From sequence record NC_070952.1: DNA of 64,000 bases; one strand, given 5' to 3'. Both the position numbers and the translations under genes were made by a program. How positions within the stretch are numbered: the stretch's first letter is position 1; each line of letters starts with the position of its first letter. Of the stretch, positions 7,358 to 16,636 are shown in pieces. The notes beneath the pieces are model-generated. The model was not told the origin of the DNA. It saw only the letters and a list, made by a program, of their open reading frames with translations, and made no database searches.

Positions 7358-8902
7358 ATGCGAAGAACGCTTGTGATTCACAAGGCGAATGCGTATGTTC
7401 GTCTGACTGACTTTAAACCTGAACTTGTAAAGCAAGTGCTTATTCCTTTTTGTAAGAAACACTTTTATCGAGTTCAGAAAACTCCCATACCCGGAGGCGG
7501 AGCTAATGCCTTCAAGTGGGAAGTCAGTCATGTATTCGCTCGGTTCAACACTGATAAAACCGAGCTAAGGTTCAATGTAGAGAAACTACCTGAACTGATT
7601 GAAATGATGCGCGCTAATGGATACGCTGAGAACAGGATCTTGATTACAGATGAACCTGTCATTGTCGGTACAAAAGCTAACATCAAGTTAAAGAACCCAG
7701 ATATCAAACCCCGTAATGAATTGCAGGAAGATTACATTGAGTTTATGACCGGACCTACTCCTGTTGTGGTAAACAACGCGACCACGGGTTTCGGTAAAAG
7801 CTTTATGGCAATCTACACTGCATACTTATTGGGACAGCGTACGTTGATTACCGTATTACCGCGTTATGTTGATATTTGGTTAAAGACAATCGCCGAGTTC
7901 TTGGATGTTCACCCTACTGACATTTTGGTTGTTGACAAACACACTGTCGAGGATGTTCATAAGGCAATGAAAGAAGGACTCATTAATCCTTCCTTTATTA
8001 TCTTGCCATTGACGAAGATCGATGTTTATCTGAAACGCATAAAGGAAGACCCCTCACTGCCTTGTCTGGACGATGTCTATCGAGATCTAGCATGTGGGTA
8101 CCGTATTATCGATGAGGCACACGAATCGATCTACTCGGTGTATATGTCATTGATGTTTGGCAATCACGCTAAGACAGCTGCTTTATCGGCAACGCTGCAA
8201 GGTGATGATGATTTCATCAATGGTATCTATAATCAGATCTTCCCGGCGAAGTCTTATCTCAGACCACCTGAGTACACGAAGTACATTCACGTTATTGCGT
8301 ACACGCATCGCATGGATGTCATGAAGTATCGAATTAACGCCAAAGGGTTTGGTGGGTATTCTCATGTGAAGTTTGAACAAGCGATCATGAAGAATAAATA
8401 TGTCTTTGAACAATACTACCTTATGTTGGCAGAAGCGTTTAAAGTCTATTACTTTGATACGTATCGTGATGGTCAAAAAGCCATGTGGTTCTTTGCGACG
8501 ATTGAGATGTGTGAAATGTTCCTGGAACGATTAAAGCTTGATCATCCTGATCTTGATGCAATTGTGTTCACTGGGGAACAGAGTAAGAAGAAGGAAACGA
8601 AGACCGCCTACCGTGAGCACCAGGTTGTTGTAACGACACCAGGCTCTTGTGGTACCGGTAAAGATATTCCTAAGCTCTACGTCGTGTTTAGCCCCATTGC
8701 TGTGAGTTCCTCACAACGTAATGACCAGATGGTTGGACGCACCCGTCCGATTGATAAGTGGTGGCCTGATTTAGATCCTATCTTTGTTTATTTCGTTTGT
8801 CCTGATATTCCAAAGCAGGTTGATTACCACCGCAAACGTAAAATAATCTTCGATAAGAAAATGAAGCAGTTTACATTGATCGACAGTGGTTCTCGTATTT
8901 AA
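7358..8902 (+). CDS. Superfamily 2 DEAH-box helicase (phiKZ gp75-like)
   Basis: Walker A ATTGFGKS, Walker B IIDEAHE, motif III LSAT, motif V GTGKDIP, motif VI QMVGR. Confidence 0.9.
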   Translation: MRRTLVIHKANAYVRLTDFKPELVKQVLIPFCKKHFYRVQKTPIPGGGANAFKWEVSHVFARFNTDKTELRFNVEKLPELIEMMRANGYAENRILITDEPVIVGTKANIKLKNPDIKPRNELQEDYIEFMTGPTPVVVNNATTGFGKSFMAIYTAYLLGQRTLITVLPRYVDIWLKTIAEFLDVHPTDILVVDKHTVEDVHKAMKEGLINPSFIILPLTKIDVYLKRIKEDPSLPCLDDVYRDLACGYRIIDEAHESIYSVYMSLMFGNHAKTAALSATLQGDDDFINGIYNQIFPAKSYLRPPEYTKYIHVIAYTHRMDVMKYRINAKGFGGYSHVKFEQAIMKNKYVFEQYYLMLAEAFKVYYFDTYRDGQKAMWFFATIEMCEMFLERLKLDHPDLDAIVFTGEQSKKKETKTAYREHQVVVTTPGSCGTGKDIPKLYVVFSPIAVSSSQRNDQMVGRTRPIDKWWPDLDPIFVYFVCPDIPKQVDYHRKRKIIFDKKMKQFTLIDSGSRI

Positions 8903-8909
8903 CGACTCG

Positions 8910-8936
8910 ACTCTAGGGACCTCGGTCCTTAGGGTT
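8910..8936 (+). terminator. Hairpin after the helicase gene
   Basis: CTAGGGAC-CTCG-GTCCTTAG core with one G-U pair, followed by a T-rich run. Confidence 0.4.
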
Positions 8937-8954
8937 CTTGTTTATGGCGGTTGT

Positions 8955-9365
8955 ATGAAAACACTTGAGTTAGTTTCATTCAATATCGGTGTCCCTGGCA
9001 TCGAGGATGAAATTGTATTGGAATCATTAGCAGCAGGACTGTCTATATTGATTGAACGGCATAAGGTATTAGGTGCTTCCTTTACGGATACCTTTATGCA
9101 AGAGCATGCCAGATTAACCATAGGTGATCACATCTGTGAACTGATAGGGGAACATGACGATCTCTTGTTCTCTAGGGTTTATGATGCGGTCATTGATCAA
9201 CTGGAAATTATCTTGGCGACGTATTGGTTGGAGATGGAGGAATTTACAATGCGGGTCGATAAGATCACCGATATCATGACGTTTTGGTATCCGGGTCTCA
9301 TTCGCTTGTGTGTAAACGAGAACGAAATCAATGCAAATGGAAATAGTGAGTTACACCTATCGTAA
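8955..9365 (+). CDS. Hypothetical protein
   Basis: ATG 8955 with GGCGG SD preferred to the longer track start; acidic 136-aa protein. Confidence 0.65.
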   Translation: MKTLELVSFNIGVPGIEDEIVLESLAAGLSILIERHKVLGASFTDTFMQEHARLTIGDHICELIGEHDDLLFSRVYDAVIDQLEIILATYWLEMEEFTMRVDKITDIMTFWYPGLIRLCVNENEINANGNSELHLS

Positions 9366-9711
9366 CGTTGATATCCATACGGCGGCTCACACTCATCGTA
9401 TGTGTCTTGACGAACTGATTGTTTATATCATGGGTGAGAAACTCATGTTGGGTATAGAAGGTGAGTGCGAGTTGAATGGGGTGCTATTAGGGTACCTGTA
9501 TTCCACGCTAGACATCCTGGATAAACCCAATGTGGAAATCATATATGCTGAGATCAGAAAACGAGTAGAGGAGTTGTCAGCCAACCTGGTTTATAAATCC
9601 CTTATGCTCAGTGGAGAATTCTATCTTAAATATGATTACTACGTCGGTAAACAATTTACAAAGATTCAACTTTATGTAGACCCGAGCGAAAAATCATGGG
9701 CGCTCTGGTAA
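9331..9711 (+). CDS. Hypothetical protein
   Basis: 126-aa ORF overlapping the previous stop. Confidence 0.65.
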   Translation: MQMEIVSYTYRNVDIHTAAHTHRMCLDELIVYIMGEKLMLGIEGECELNGVLLGYLYSTLDILDKPNVEIIYAEIRKRVEELSANLVYKSLMLSGEFYLKYDYYVGKQFTKIQLYVDPSEKSWALW

Positions 9712-9747
9712 TCACACCAAACAAAATTTAATATCTCGGAGATCGTT

Positions 9748-10299
9748 ATGTTAAGTAAATCTACCAATGCCATTATCCCAGAAACTGCGGTAAGCTATAA
9801 ATTCAAAGTACGTGACTTTGCTGACCTGTTTGAGGGGATGTCTCCTGAACAGATTCACGTTGCATTAGAAGGTGCACTGAATATCGTATTTGCTCGTCCA
9901 ACGAGCAACATGGCAATCGTTGAAGGTAGTGAGCCAGACACCGAAGAACAGACTGATGAAGAAGATCAACTCGATCATGAATCTCAGGTTGTATCAAGTG
10001 CGGTGTTCGCGCTGGTTGCTCACGGTCAAACTGATGACTCTGCGCCGTTAGACAGTTCTGTTGACCTGGAAGACACGCCAGAATACGCACAGATGGAAGA
10101 AGCTTTCCAATCAATCGTCAGTAAATTCGCCGCCGAAGTGACTGAAGATAAATTCAATCAAGACGTGGTGACCCTGCACGGTGAAATGGAGTACTTCGCT
10201 CACATCGAACTGTTTACCTATTTCTACGACACCAAAAACGAGGTACTGTCAGTTACCCTGATTTCTACCCCGAGCGAAGAAACCAGTATCGCAGCATAA
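9748..10299 (+). CDS. Hypothetical acidic protein
   Basis: GGAG SD; acidic insert EPDTEEQTDEEDQLD; ends before a hairpin. Confidence 0.7.
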   Translation: MLSKSTNAIIPETAVSYKFKVRDFADLFEGMSPEQIHVALEGALNIVFARPTSNMAIVEGSEPDTEEQTDEEDQLDHESQVVSSAVFALVAHGQTDDSAPLDSSVDLEDTPEYAQMEEAFQSIVSKFAAEVTEDKFNQDVVTLHGEMEYFAHIELFTYFYDTKNEVLSVTLISTPSEETSIAA

Positions 10300-10304
10300 T
10301 TAAT

Positions 10305-10336
10305 AACCTACCTTCCCATCTTGGGTAAGGTAGGTT
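10305..10336. terminator. YTAC-family hairpin
   Basis: AACCTACCTT-cccatcttgggt-AAGGTAGGTT then TTATTT. Confidence 0.7.
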
Positions 10337-10382
10337 TTATTTCCTTATATTATTTTTACCCCACCATTAAAGGAGTAACACC

Positions 10383-10934
10383 ATGACCGTTATCGTTCAT
10401 GAAAATAAAAAGTTAAGTAGTCTTCCTACTTTAATGGAGACACAGGATATCATAAATGAGTTATCGATGGGTACAGATAAACTTTCCAAAGAGGAGTTTA
10501 TTCGGATTGCTTTAGAGAAATACCCTAAGTTCGATGCCTGGTCTCCGCTGGTCTATTATCGGACTGATGGTACTGTCTTAGAAACCGATCTTATTCTTGT
10601 GTCTCTACGTGGCGCTATTGCATACAAAATGGGTGGCGATCTTCACATCAACTATGGTGATCTGGAAAGTGGTTCTCCACAGGTCTCGGTCAACATCTTG
10701 GGTGATCAACATACACTGCAACTGGGTCGCGCTGTAGCGTCTACCTTCTTAACCGTGCCTGACATCTATAAGGGTATCAAAGAAGCAGATCTACAGGTTA
10801 TCCATTTGGACGGTCAATCTCATCAGTGTCATATCCTGAACCTGGAATGGAAACTGAACAAACCTGAAGCGGATACCGATCTGGTTGAGAAAACCGTAAA
10901 GGTACTTAACGCCGATCTTCCAACCGAAGAGTAA
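10383..10934 (+). CDS. NUMOD4/HNH-like protein with degenerate active site
   Basis: AWSPL...LILVSLRGAI resembles NUMOD4 (W-x-P...Y-x-VS-x-x-G-x-V); GRAVASTFLTVP...QVIHLDGQSHQCHILNLEW resembles HRLVA-x-AF-x-PNP...V-x-HIDG-x-x-x-NN-x-x-x-NLEW; AAGGAG SD. Confidence 0.65.
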   Translation: MTVIVHENKKLSSLPTLMETQDIINELSMGTDKLSKEEFIRIALEKYPKFDAWSPLVYYRTDGTVLETDLILVSLRGAIAYKMGGDLHINYGDLESGSPQVSVNILGDQHTLQLGRAVASTFLTVPDIYKGIKEADLQVIHLDGQSHQCHILNLEWKLNKPEADTDLVEKTVKVLNADLPTEE

Positions 10935-10936
10935 CT

Positions 10937-10974
10937 AACTCCCTACCCCTCCGTTAGGAAGGGTAGGGGTTATG
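10937..10974. terminator. YTAC-family hairpin at a convergent junction
   Basis: AACTCCCTACCCCTCC-GTTA-GGAAGGGTAGGGGTT directly followed by ATG (TATG) and then TCTTTTATTTTT. Confidence 0.7.
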
Positions 10975-10988
10975 TGTCTTTTATTTTT

Positions 10989-12299
10989 CTATCTTAAAAT
11001 TTGTTCTAGCGTCATGGTAATCGTCTTCAACTGAGAGACGTGCATTGCCTTCATCCTTGTTAACATAAACTGAGTAAAGATGTAAACAGTTTCTGCTGAC
11101 ACACGTGTTTCAATTGCGCCGAGTTTATTACCCGCACAAGTTTTACACAGGTTATCTTCAGGTTGCTGACAGAATTGAGGAACACGCATCTGAACAACTT
11201 TACCCAGTAACGCTGTATCATCTTTCTTAATGAGAGTAGGAACTCTCTCTATTAAGTGATACCCACCTACCCAACCTTTAAAGTTATGCTTAGATAACTT
11301 AACGGCTTCAGTGCGTGGTGACTCGCAGTCCTCACCGCCAATCATAATACGGTTGGTTAAAAGAATGGCTACCTTCACCTCTGCACCACCTTCACCGGTC
11401 GCGTTACCGCGGTCGAATGAGGCGGAGATTGCGGTGTTGATGTATTCCGGATAATGGTCCTGGTCCCAGCCTTCGTTCAAAGACTTACGAAGGAGTTGGT
11501 ACTTACCAGTATTAAAATCAGGAACCATATCAAAGATGATAAACATCTTCTTACGGGCGTTATCAATAAACTTGCTGTTAATAAAGAAGTCCGCAGAAGG
11601 TCCCGCGTACTGGATTTTGGCATCAAGTGCAATAACTTCATCAATTGCCAGAGCGACTGCAGTAGGATCATCAAGCTTACCGTTATCTTCAAGTTCTTTT
11701 AGCAGCTTATCGCGTAATGCAATAACATCTGGGTGAACCGTAAGTACATCAATGGAGGAGGCTTTAACGAAGACGTTGTTCATGCCTTCCAGGTAGTCCA
11801 ATTGCTTGGTTACCTTTAAGCAGTCATCAACGGACGCTTTACCTTCGGGTACTGGTTTATCGGGACTTGGGTTATCAACCATCAAGCCATCAATAACCCC
11901 CATGATCGTCCCACCACTGATCTTACCGTTGATGTAGCTAGTGCGGGTTCCAAACGACTCATAGAGAACCACGATGTTGGTCAAGAAGATTCCAATGGTG
12001 GTCTGGATCTTTTCTTTAACAAAGTCAGTGGTATCCATATCAATCGTGATAGGGTCGTTCTTATAAAAGAGAGGGCGACTGAAATCATCGTGACCGGTAA
12101 TCACTGTCCGCTCTTTGTTTTCATTAAAGAAGTAAAGTTCTTTCTTCTCGTTATCCCGGAATACTGCATACGGGACGTCGGCCAACTTCTTATTGTTGTT
12201 TGGGGTGTCGTGAACCAAACTGAAAATAGAAAGAAGAAAGGTCTTTCTGGTATACGCCCGATTCTTGAACGCATGAAACAGGAAATCAAGCTTATGCAT
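10989..12299 (-). CDS. Virion RNA polymerase beta' fragment (phiKZ gp80-like)
   Basis: Bridge-helix-like SLNEGW...SASFDRGNATGEGG; EDCES; Zn site RVPQFCQQPEDNLCKTCAG. Confidence 0.85.
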   Translation of the reverse strand: MHKLDFLFHAFKNRAYTRKTFLLSIFSLVHDTPNNNKKLADVPYAVFRDNEKKELYFFNENKERTVITGHDDFSRPLFYKNDPITIDMDTTDFVKEKIQTTIGIFLTNIVVLYESFGTRTSYINGKISGGTIMGVIDGLMVDNPSPDKPVPEGKASVDDCLKVTKQLDYLEGMNNVFVKASSIDVLTVHPDVIALRDKLLKELEDNGKLDDPTAVALAIDEVIALDAKIQYAGPSADFFINSKFIDNARKKMFIIFDMVPDFNTGKYQLLRKSLNEGWDQDHYPEYINTAISASFDRGNATGEGGAEVKVAILLTNRIMIGGEDCESPRTEAVKLSKHNFKGWVGGYHLIERVPTLIKKDDTALLGKVVQMRVPQFCQQPEDNLCKTCAGNKLGAIETRVSAETVYIFTQFMLTRMKAMHVSQLKTITMTLEQILR

Positions 12300-13170
12300 T
12301 TAACTTCACCTTTTTAATGATCTCCATTGCTTTATAGGCTTCTTCAATGGTGGTGGTTTGATCTTCTACCAGCGAACTGAACTGACCGTAGATTGCAGCA
12401 TCAGACAACGCTGAAATCAGCATCAGTGACAACACGTTCTTTAAATAGTCAAAGGGGTTGGTTGCCAGGTCTTTTGCCAGGTCGCTCATAAAGATCTTCA
12501 GGTAACCGTCAATCAGCTGTCCGCCACCGCCGCCCTCGATGATGTGCTTGCCACCTAAGGTACCGCCCAACCATACCTTATTCGCTTTGATACGATCACG
12601 GATGGTGTGGTCTACATAAGTGGCGTCATCTTCATCAATGACATTTAATCCAATCAGGATGCCGCGGATGGTGTTCGGGGAGACTTCTTTAATGAAGTAC
12701 ATTGCATTACTGATGTCATATTGCGGCTGGGTCATTTCCACAACCTGAATGAAACGATCTTTGCAATCTTGTTCTTCATTGTTCAGAACTTCTACCAGAC
12801 CTAATAGATCGGTTAAACCGTCAAACAAATAGATGGTATCGAGAATACTTTTAAGTTCCACCAAACTGTTCAGTTCAATGAAATCTTTATCGATGATAAT
12901 CCCCATCATCTGTAACGCGTCGATGATTGTGTTAATTAGTAACACTCTGACGTGTGCCATTAATTCTGACGTATCCAGTGTCTCATCAATGAATAACTGG
13001 TTAAGCGTGTTATCAATAAAACTTTCTGGGAAAGAGATCGCAATTAAATTATACGACTCATTGAATAATGTAGCTTGGTGAGGCGTACAGCGAGCAATAA
13101 AATCTACCCACATCTCACCCATATTTTCCACACCAAGATCCACATTAGTGAGATCAATCATGTCTGACAT
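12292..13170 (-). CDS. Conserved hypothetical protein
   Basis: 292-aa ORF coupled to the vRNAP gene (8-nt overlap). Confidence 0.75.
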   Translation of the reverse strand: MSDMIDLTNVDLGVENMGEMWVDFIARCTPHQATLFNESYNLIAISFPESFIDNTLNQLFIDETLDTSELMAHVRVLLINTIIDALQMMGIIIDKDFIELNSLVELKSILDTIYLFDGLTDLLGLVEVLNNEEQDCKDRFIQVVEMTQPQYDISNAMYFIKEVSPNTIRGILIGLNVIDEDDATYVDHTIRDRIKANKVWLGGTLGGKHIIEGGGGGQLIDGYLKIFMSDLAKDLATNPFDYLKNVLSLMLISALSDAAIYGQFSSLVEDQTTTIEEAYKAMEIIKKVKLNA

Positions 13171-13206
13171 AGTTATTACCCATTAATCTTTTTGAGGAGT
13201 CATAAG

Positions 13207-13914
13207 ATGACCAAAGCAAAGAGTACACAAGTTCGTGCTTCCAAACGTAATGCCCGTGCTAAAGCCAAGAAAGTTTCAGCTAACAAAGGTCGCACCACAC
13301 CTACACAGCTGAATAAAAAGAGTTTCCGTAAATCACTTCTTGGTGAACGTTACGACTTCGATCAAGTTCTGAACAATGCGGTCCGCGATATTAACAACCG
13401 CAAAGAAGTTGCTGGTGAGTTCACTTCCGTTAATGATGTTCTTGATGGATTGAAGAAAACCACCGCCGAAGTATTTAAACTTTATTCATATATTACATTT
13501 GTTCAGGCACTGGCCAAAGAAGGTCTGATCGACCATCAGCTGGCGATTGACATTAAAGCAATCTCCATCAGCCTGATCAGTATCGACAAACGTATTCAGA
13601 ACGTCAGCAAACTGATTGAAGCTGATGAAGAAGAAACTGTCTTCACCGAAGCCCTGGATATTAGCACCACACTTCAGAACTATTCTGAAGAGCTGTACGC
13701 TGAAGTAGTTCGCAGCGAAGAGCATGCTTTGACAATTGAAGAGAGTCTCTCTCGCTTGGCCAAAGATGTGGAAGGTATTGACGATGTTAATCAACAACGC
13801 TACCAAGTTCTCCAACGCTTCGCCTATCAGTATCTCACAGAAGTTAAAGATGAGATTGATGGCAAGGTTGCTGCAGATACTCGAACAGAGACTGCGGAAC
13901 CAGTTACAGAATAA
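13207..13914 (+). CDS. Hypothetical helical protein with a basic N-terminus
   Basis: GAGGAG SD; MTKAKSTQVRASKRNARAKAKK N-terminus, acidic helical body. Confidence 0.75.
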   Translation: MTKAKSTQVRASKRNARAKAKKVSANKGRTTPTQLNKKSFRKSLLGERYDFDQVLNNAVRDINNRKEVAGEFTSVNDVLDGLKKTTAEVFKLYSYITFVQALAKEGLIDHQLAIDIKAISISLISIDKRIQNVSKLIEADEEETVFTEALDISTTLQNYSEELYAEVVRSEEHALTIEESLSRLAKDVEGIDDVNQQRYQVLQRFAYQYLTEVKDEIDGKVAADTRTETAEPVTE

Positions 13915-13940
13915 CCCATCCCCGTTACAGGAAATTAAAG

Positions 13941-15572
13941 ATGTCCGAAGAAAAGACTGAACTTGAGAAAGGAATTCAAAAGGAAGTTGCAATGAACGTA
14001 TTGCGTGCTTCTGTGATTGGTAAGCACGATGAAAGTTTTGATCCCGCTATCCTTCCTATTTTTGTTGGTGCTCTGGGTGAAACCCACCGTTCGATCTATA
14101 AGACAGCGGTGACGTACACGGCATTACAACGTGCACTGTCTGATGAAGAGGTTGGGCGCGGTTCTCCAGAAGGTCGTGATTCAAAAGCGCTGAAACTGTC
14201 TTTTGACGAACTGGTCAATGAGCATTTCCCAGATATAGAGGAAGATGAGTTGGTCGCAATGTTGATCAACTACATGTCCTTTATCTATAAAGGTGTTGAC
14301 CGTTTGTTACTGCGTGATGAGAACGCCGAAATTATCCTGCGTGAGGGATTGTCAAACACTGTAGCCGGTAAAGACAATACCCGTGTGGGAACAATCTCCC
14401 CAGTCAAACCAAGTAATGATAAAACCCTGTCGCCGCGTGACCGTATGCGTCGTAACTTGCGTGGTGGTCGTGGTGAACCTGATACGTTCAATATCATCCT
14501 GCTCAACTCTCTGATTTTCCTACGTGTAGAGATCCCTAGTGCACCAGACTTGATCCGATTGATCAACACTATTGCCACTCGTCTTCAGACCTATGGCGAG
14601 CGTTACAATGTCTCTGCGCTGCATCTGGAACGTGCTGGTATCAGTGAGATCCTGATTGACTTTGTGCTGGACCGTTTGAAGTACCACAGTGTGAAAGATG
14701 TGTCTGATCACTATGAACTCAAACAGTACATCTTGCAGAATGACCTTAACCCGATTGTCATGGGTCTGCTCTGCACAACTGCACCGAAGGGTGTGTCGTT
14801 CCGCATGTACTGCGTCGCGAACAAATGTCAACACAGTGAAGTGCAAATTGTTGACCCTACCACGATGGTTCTGGATGTTGAAGACGACATGCCGGAAGAA
14901 CGCCGTGCACTTCTTTACGATATCGTAAATAAAGGGCGTAAACTTTCCCGTGAAGAACTCTGGGCTAACCGCCCGGTCTATAAAGACCAAGACGGTAAAG
15001 AGCTGGACGATTCTATTCCTATCGAAAACATTGGACGTTATAAAATCCAGATTCCTTATCTGGACGAATACTTCTCAACCTTCCGGGCCATGTGTGACCG
15101 CATCAACCCAGACCTGCGTCAGTTGGCAATGGACTTCCCGAACGTGGAAGATTTCAAACGCAAACGTAAAGACTACATGTCGGGTATTCGCGGCAGTGAA
15201 TATATTCAATGGATCGGTTCTGTTGAGTATGATCCTGAAGCCGGTACTGAAGGTGAAGTCGAAATCATCAAACGTGAAGAAGATCCTCGCAGCTTTGAAC
15301 AAGGCCTGCTGGATAACTTCAGTGATGATGAAGAATTGTATATGGATGTATTGCAGAAGCTTATTCGTTTTATCCCGCGTATGACCTATACTTATGTGGG
15401 GATTCCAAACGACGCGTGCCCGGCTTGTAATAAATCTGCAGATTCGGTTGATCGTGAACTGACCAAAGGGTTTACCCCCATTGATCCGATCATGAATTTT
15501 TTCGACCGTACCCGAATGATGATTGGTATGAGAGAGACCGCGGCGAGTTCTATCGAGGAAAATCTTTCTTAG
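13941..15572 (+). CDS. T4 gp26-like baseplate hub / tail assembly chaperone-like Zn-finger protein
   Basis: NDLNPIVMGLLCTTAPKGVSFRMYCVANKCQHSEVQIVDP resembles gp26-like D-x-x-x-I...C-x-x-C; second CPAC; P-x-x-x-x-NFF near the C-terminus. Confidence 0.6.
   Translation: MSEEKTELEKGIQKEVAMNVLRASVIGKHDESFDPAILPIFVGALGETHRSIYKTAVTYTALQRALSDEEVGRGSPEGRDSKALKLSFDELVNEHFPDIEEDELVAMLINYMSFIYKGVDRLLLRDENAEIILREGLSNTVAGKDNTRVGTISPVKPSNDKTLSPRDRMRRNLRGGRGEPDTFNIILLNSLIFLRVEIPSAPDLIRLINTIATRLQTYGERYNVSALHLERAGISEILIDFVLDRLKYHSVKDVSDHYELKQYILQNDLNPIVMGLLCTTAPKGVSFRMYCVANKCQHSEVQIVDPTTMVLDVEDDMPEERRALLYDIVNKGRKLSREELWANRPVYKDQDGKELDDSIPIENIGRYKIQIPYLDEYFSTFRAMCDRINPDLRQLAMDFPNVEDFKRKRKDYMSGIRGSEYIQWIGSVEYDPEAGTEGEVEIIKREEDPRSFEQGLLDNFSDDEELYMDVLQKLIRFIPRMTYTYVGIPNDACPACNKSADSVDRELTKGFTPIDPIMNFFDRTRMMIGMRETAASSIEENLS
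15497..15503 (+). other. Candidate -1 ribosomal frameshift site T TTT TTC
   Basis: In-frame AAT TTT TTC; the -1 frame opens after TGA at 15482-15484 and runs without a stop into ORF 15599-16024. Confidence 0.65.
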
Positions 15573-15598
15573 CAGATGAGTCCGAACTTCCTAAGCAA

Positions 15599-16024
15599 AT
15601 GGTTGATCAAGCATTAAAATTGTTTATCGAGCATGCCAATGAAAAGGACGGACTCAAAAGAGCAATCATCAGCCGGAAGATTACCATGGTTATGCATGGT
15701 TGGGTGGGTCTGGAACAAAACGGAAACGCCCAGCTTAAGTTCAACCATCAGCGAAGAGATCTATTCCATCTCTGGTCTGCAAAGAACTTTGGGTACACCT
15801 TCGGGATACGGGAATACAATAAGTTCCTTTCATTAAAAGAGTACTTTGAGATGCCAATTGATCTCATGGACGATATTTTGGAAGGATACGGTCGTAGCAG
15901 AGAGGATCTGGCTAAGCAACAAAAGCATGCTGCTGATAGAGCAGCGTCGCTGGCAGCCTCTGGCAACGGCTTAAATAAGTCTGAAATGGCGGCACTTACT
16001 GCTGCTCAACGTGGAGATAAATGA
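15599..16024 (+). CDS. T4 gp51-like ORF; probably the C-terminal part of a -1 frameshift fusion (open from 15485)
   Basis: FLSLKEYFEMPIDLMDDILE...EDLAKQQ resembles gp51-like SL-x-E-x-x-x-M-x-P...; no recognisable SD before ATG 15599. Confidence 0.6.
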   Translation: MVDQALKLFIEHANEKDGLKRAIISRKITMVMHGWVGLEQNGNAQLKFNHQRRDLFHLWSAKNFGYTFGIREYNKFLSLKEYFEMPIDLMDDILEGYGRSREDLAKQQKHAADRAASLAASGNGLNKSEMAALTAAQRGDK

Positions 16025-16554
16025 TGGGCGATAATTTCAACCCACCGAAGATCGAAAAACGCAACAACGCAGTAGCCGAACAAACTACTGAAGCGCAAGA
16101 AACCAAAACCACCACTACGCGGGAAGTTAACAGTCCTGTCGATATTTACAAGAACGGAATTGATGAGTTCGTCAAGTTCCTGAAAGGTGAAATTGCAGGT
16201 GGTACTCTGGATGAACGTCGTGCGCAACAGAAGAAAGCGATTCAAACCTGTTGGGGTATGTTGGATCTGGATTACGCGCAGACTAAGGAATCGCTGGATT
16301 ACTTCCTGATCACTGTGGGTCAGAACCAGAACGCATTTGAGTGGAGCAATATTCTTGCCCCGTTGAATGCCCTGGAAGGTAAAATGTCCGCCTCTGAAAT
16401 TACGCGTTACAAACGTTTCATGGTGTTCATTACTCTGCTTTCCGAGTACGCCCGTAATCGTACTCAGTTTACCCAGATGTTTGACATGACCAAGTTTGAG
16501 GCAATGTTCCCAGCTAAGTCACGTGAAAATCTGCACAACTACGTGTATCGTTAA
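16021..16554 (+). CDS. Conserved hypothetical protein
   Basis: 177 aa, GGAG SD, overlaps the previous stop. Confidence 0.75.
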   Translation: MMGDNFNPPKIEKRNNAVAEQTTEAQETKTTTTREVNSPVDIYKNGIDEFVKFLKGEIAGGTLDERRAQQKKAIQTCWGMLDLDYAQTKESLDYFLITVGQNQNAFEWSNILAPLNALEGKMSASEITRYKRFMVFITLLSEYARNRTQFTQMFDMTKFEAMFPAKSRENLHNYVYR

Positions 16555-16567
16555 TTTACTGACGCCC

Positions 16568-16597
16568 CCTACCTTATCCTTCACGGGATAAGGTAGG
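16568..16597. terminator. YTAC-family hairpin
   Basis: CCTACCTTATCC-TTCACG-GGATAAGGTAGG; TATG and a long T-run about 8-25 nt downstream. Confidence 0.7.
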
Positions 16598-16636
16598 ATG
16601 GTTTGTATGTTATTTTTTTTTTATTGGAGAGAAGAA

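Noticed and set aside
15460-15570. Alternative slippery sites AAAGGGTTT (about 15464) and GGAAAAT (about 15557)
   Set aside because: The first lies upstream of the -1 frame stop at 15482-15484; the second does not fit X XXY YYZ in the reading frame
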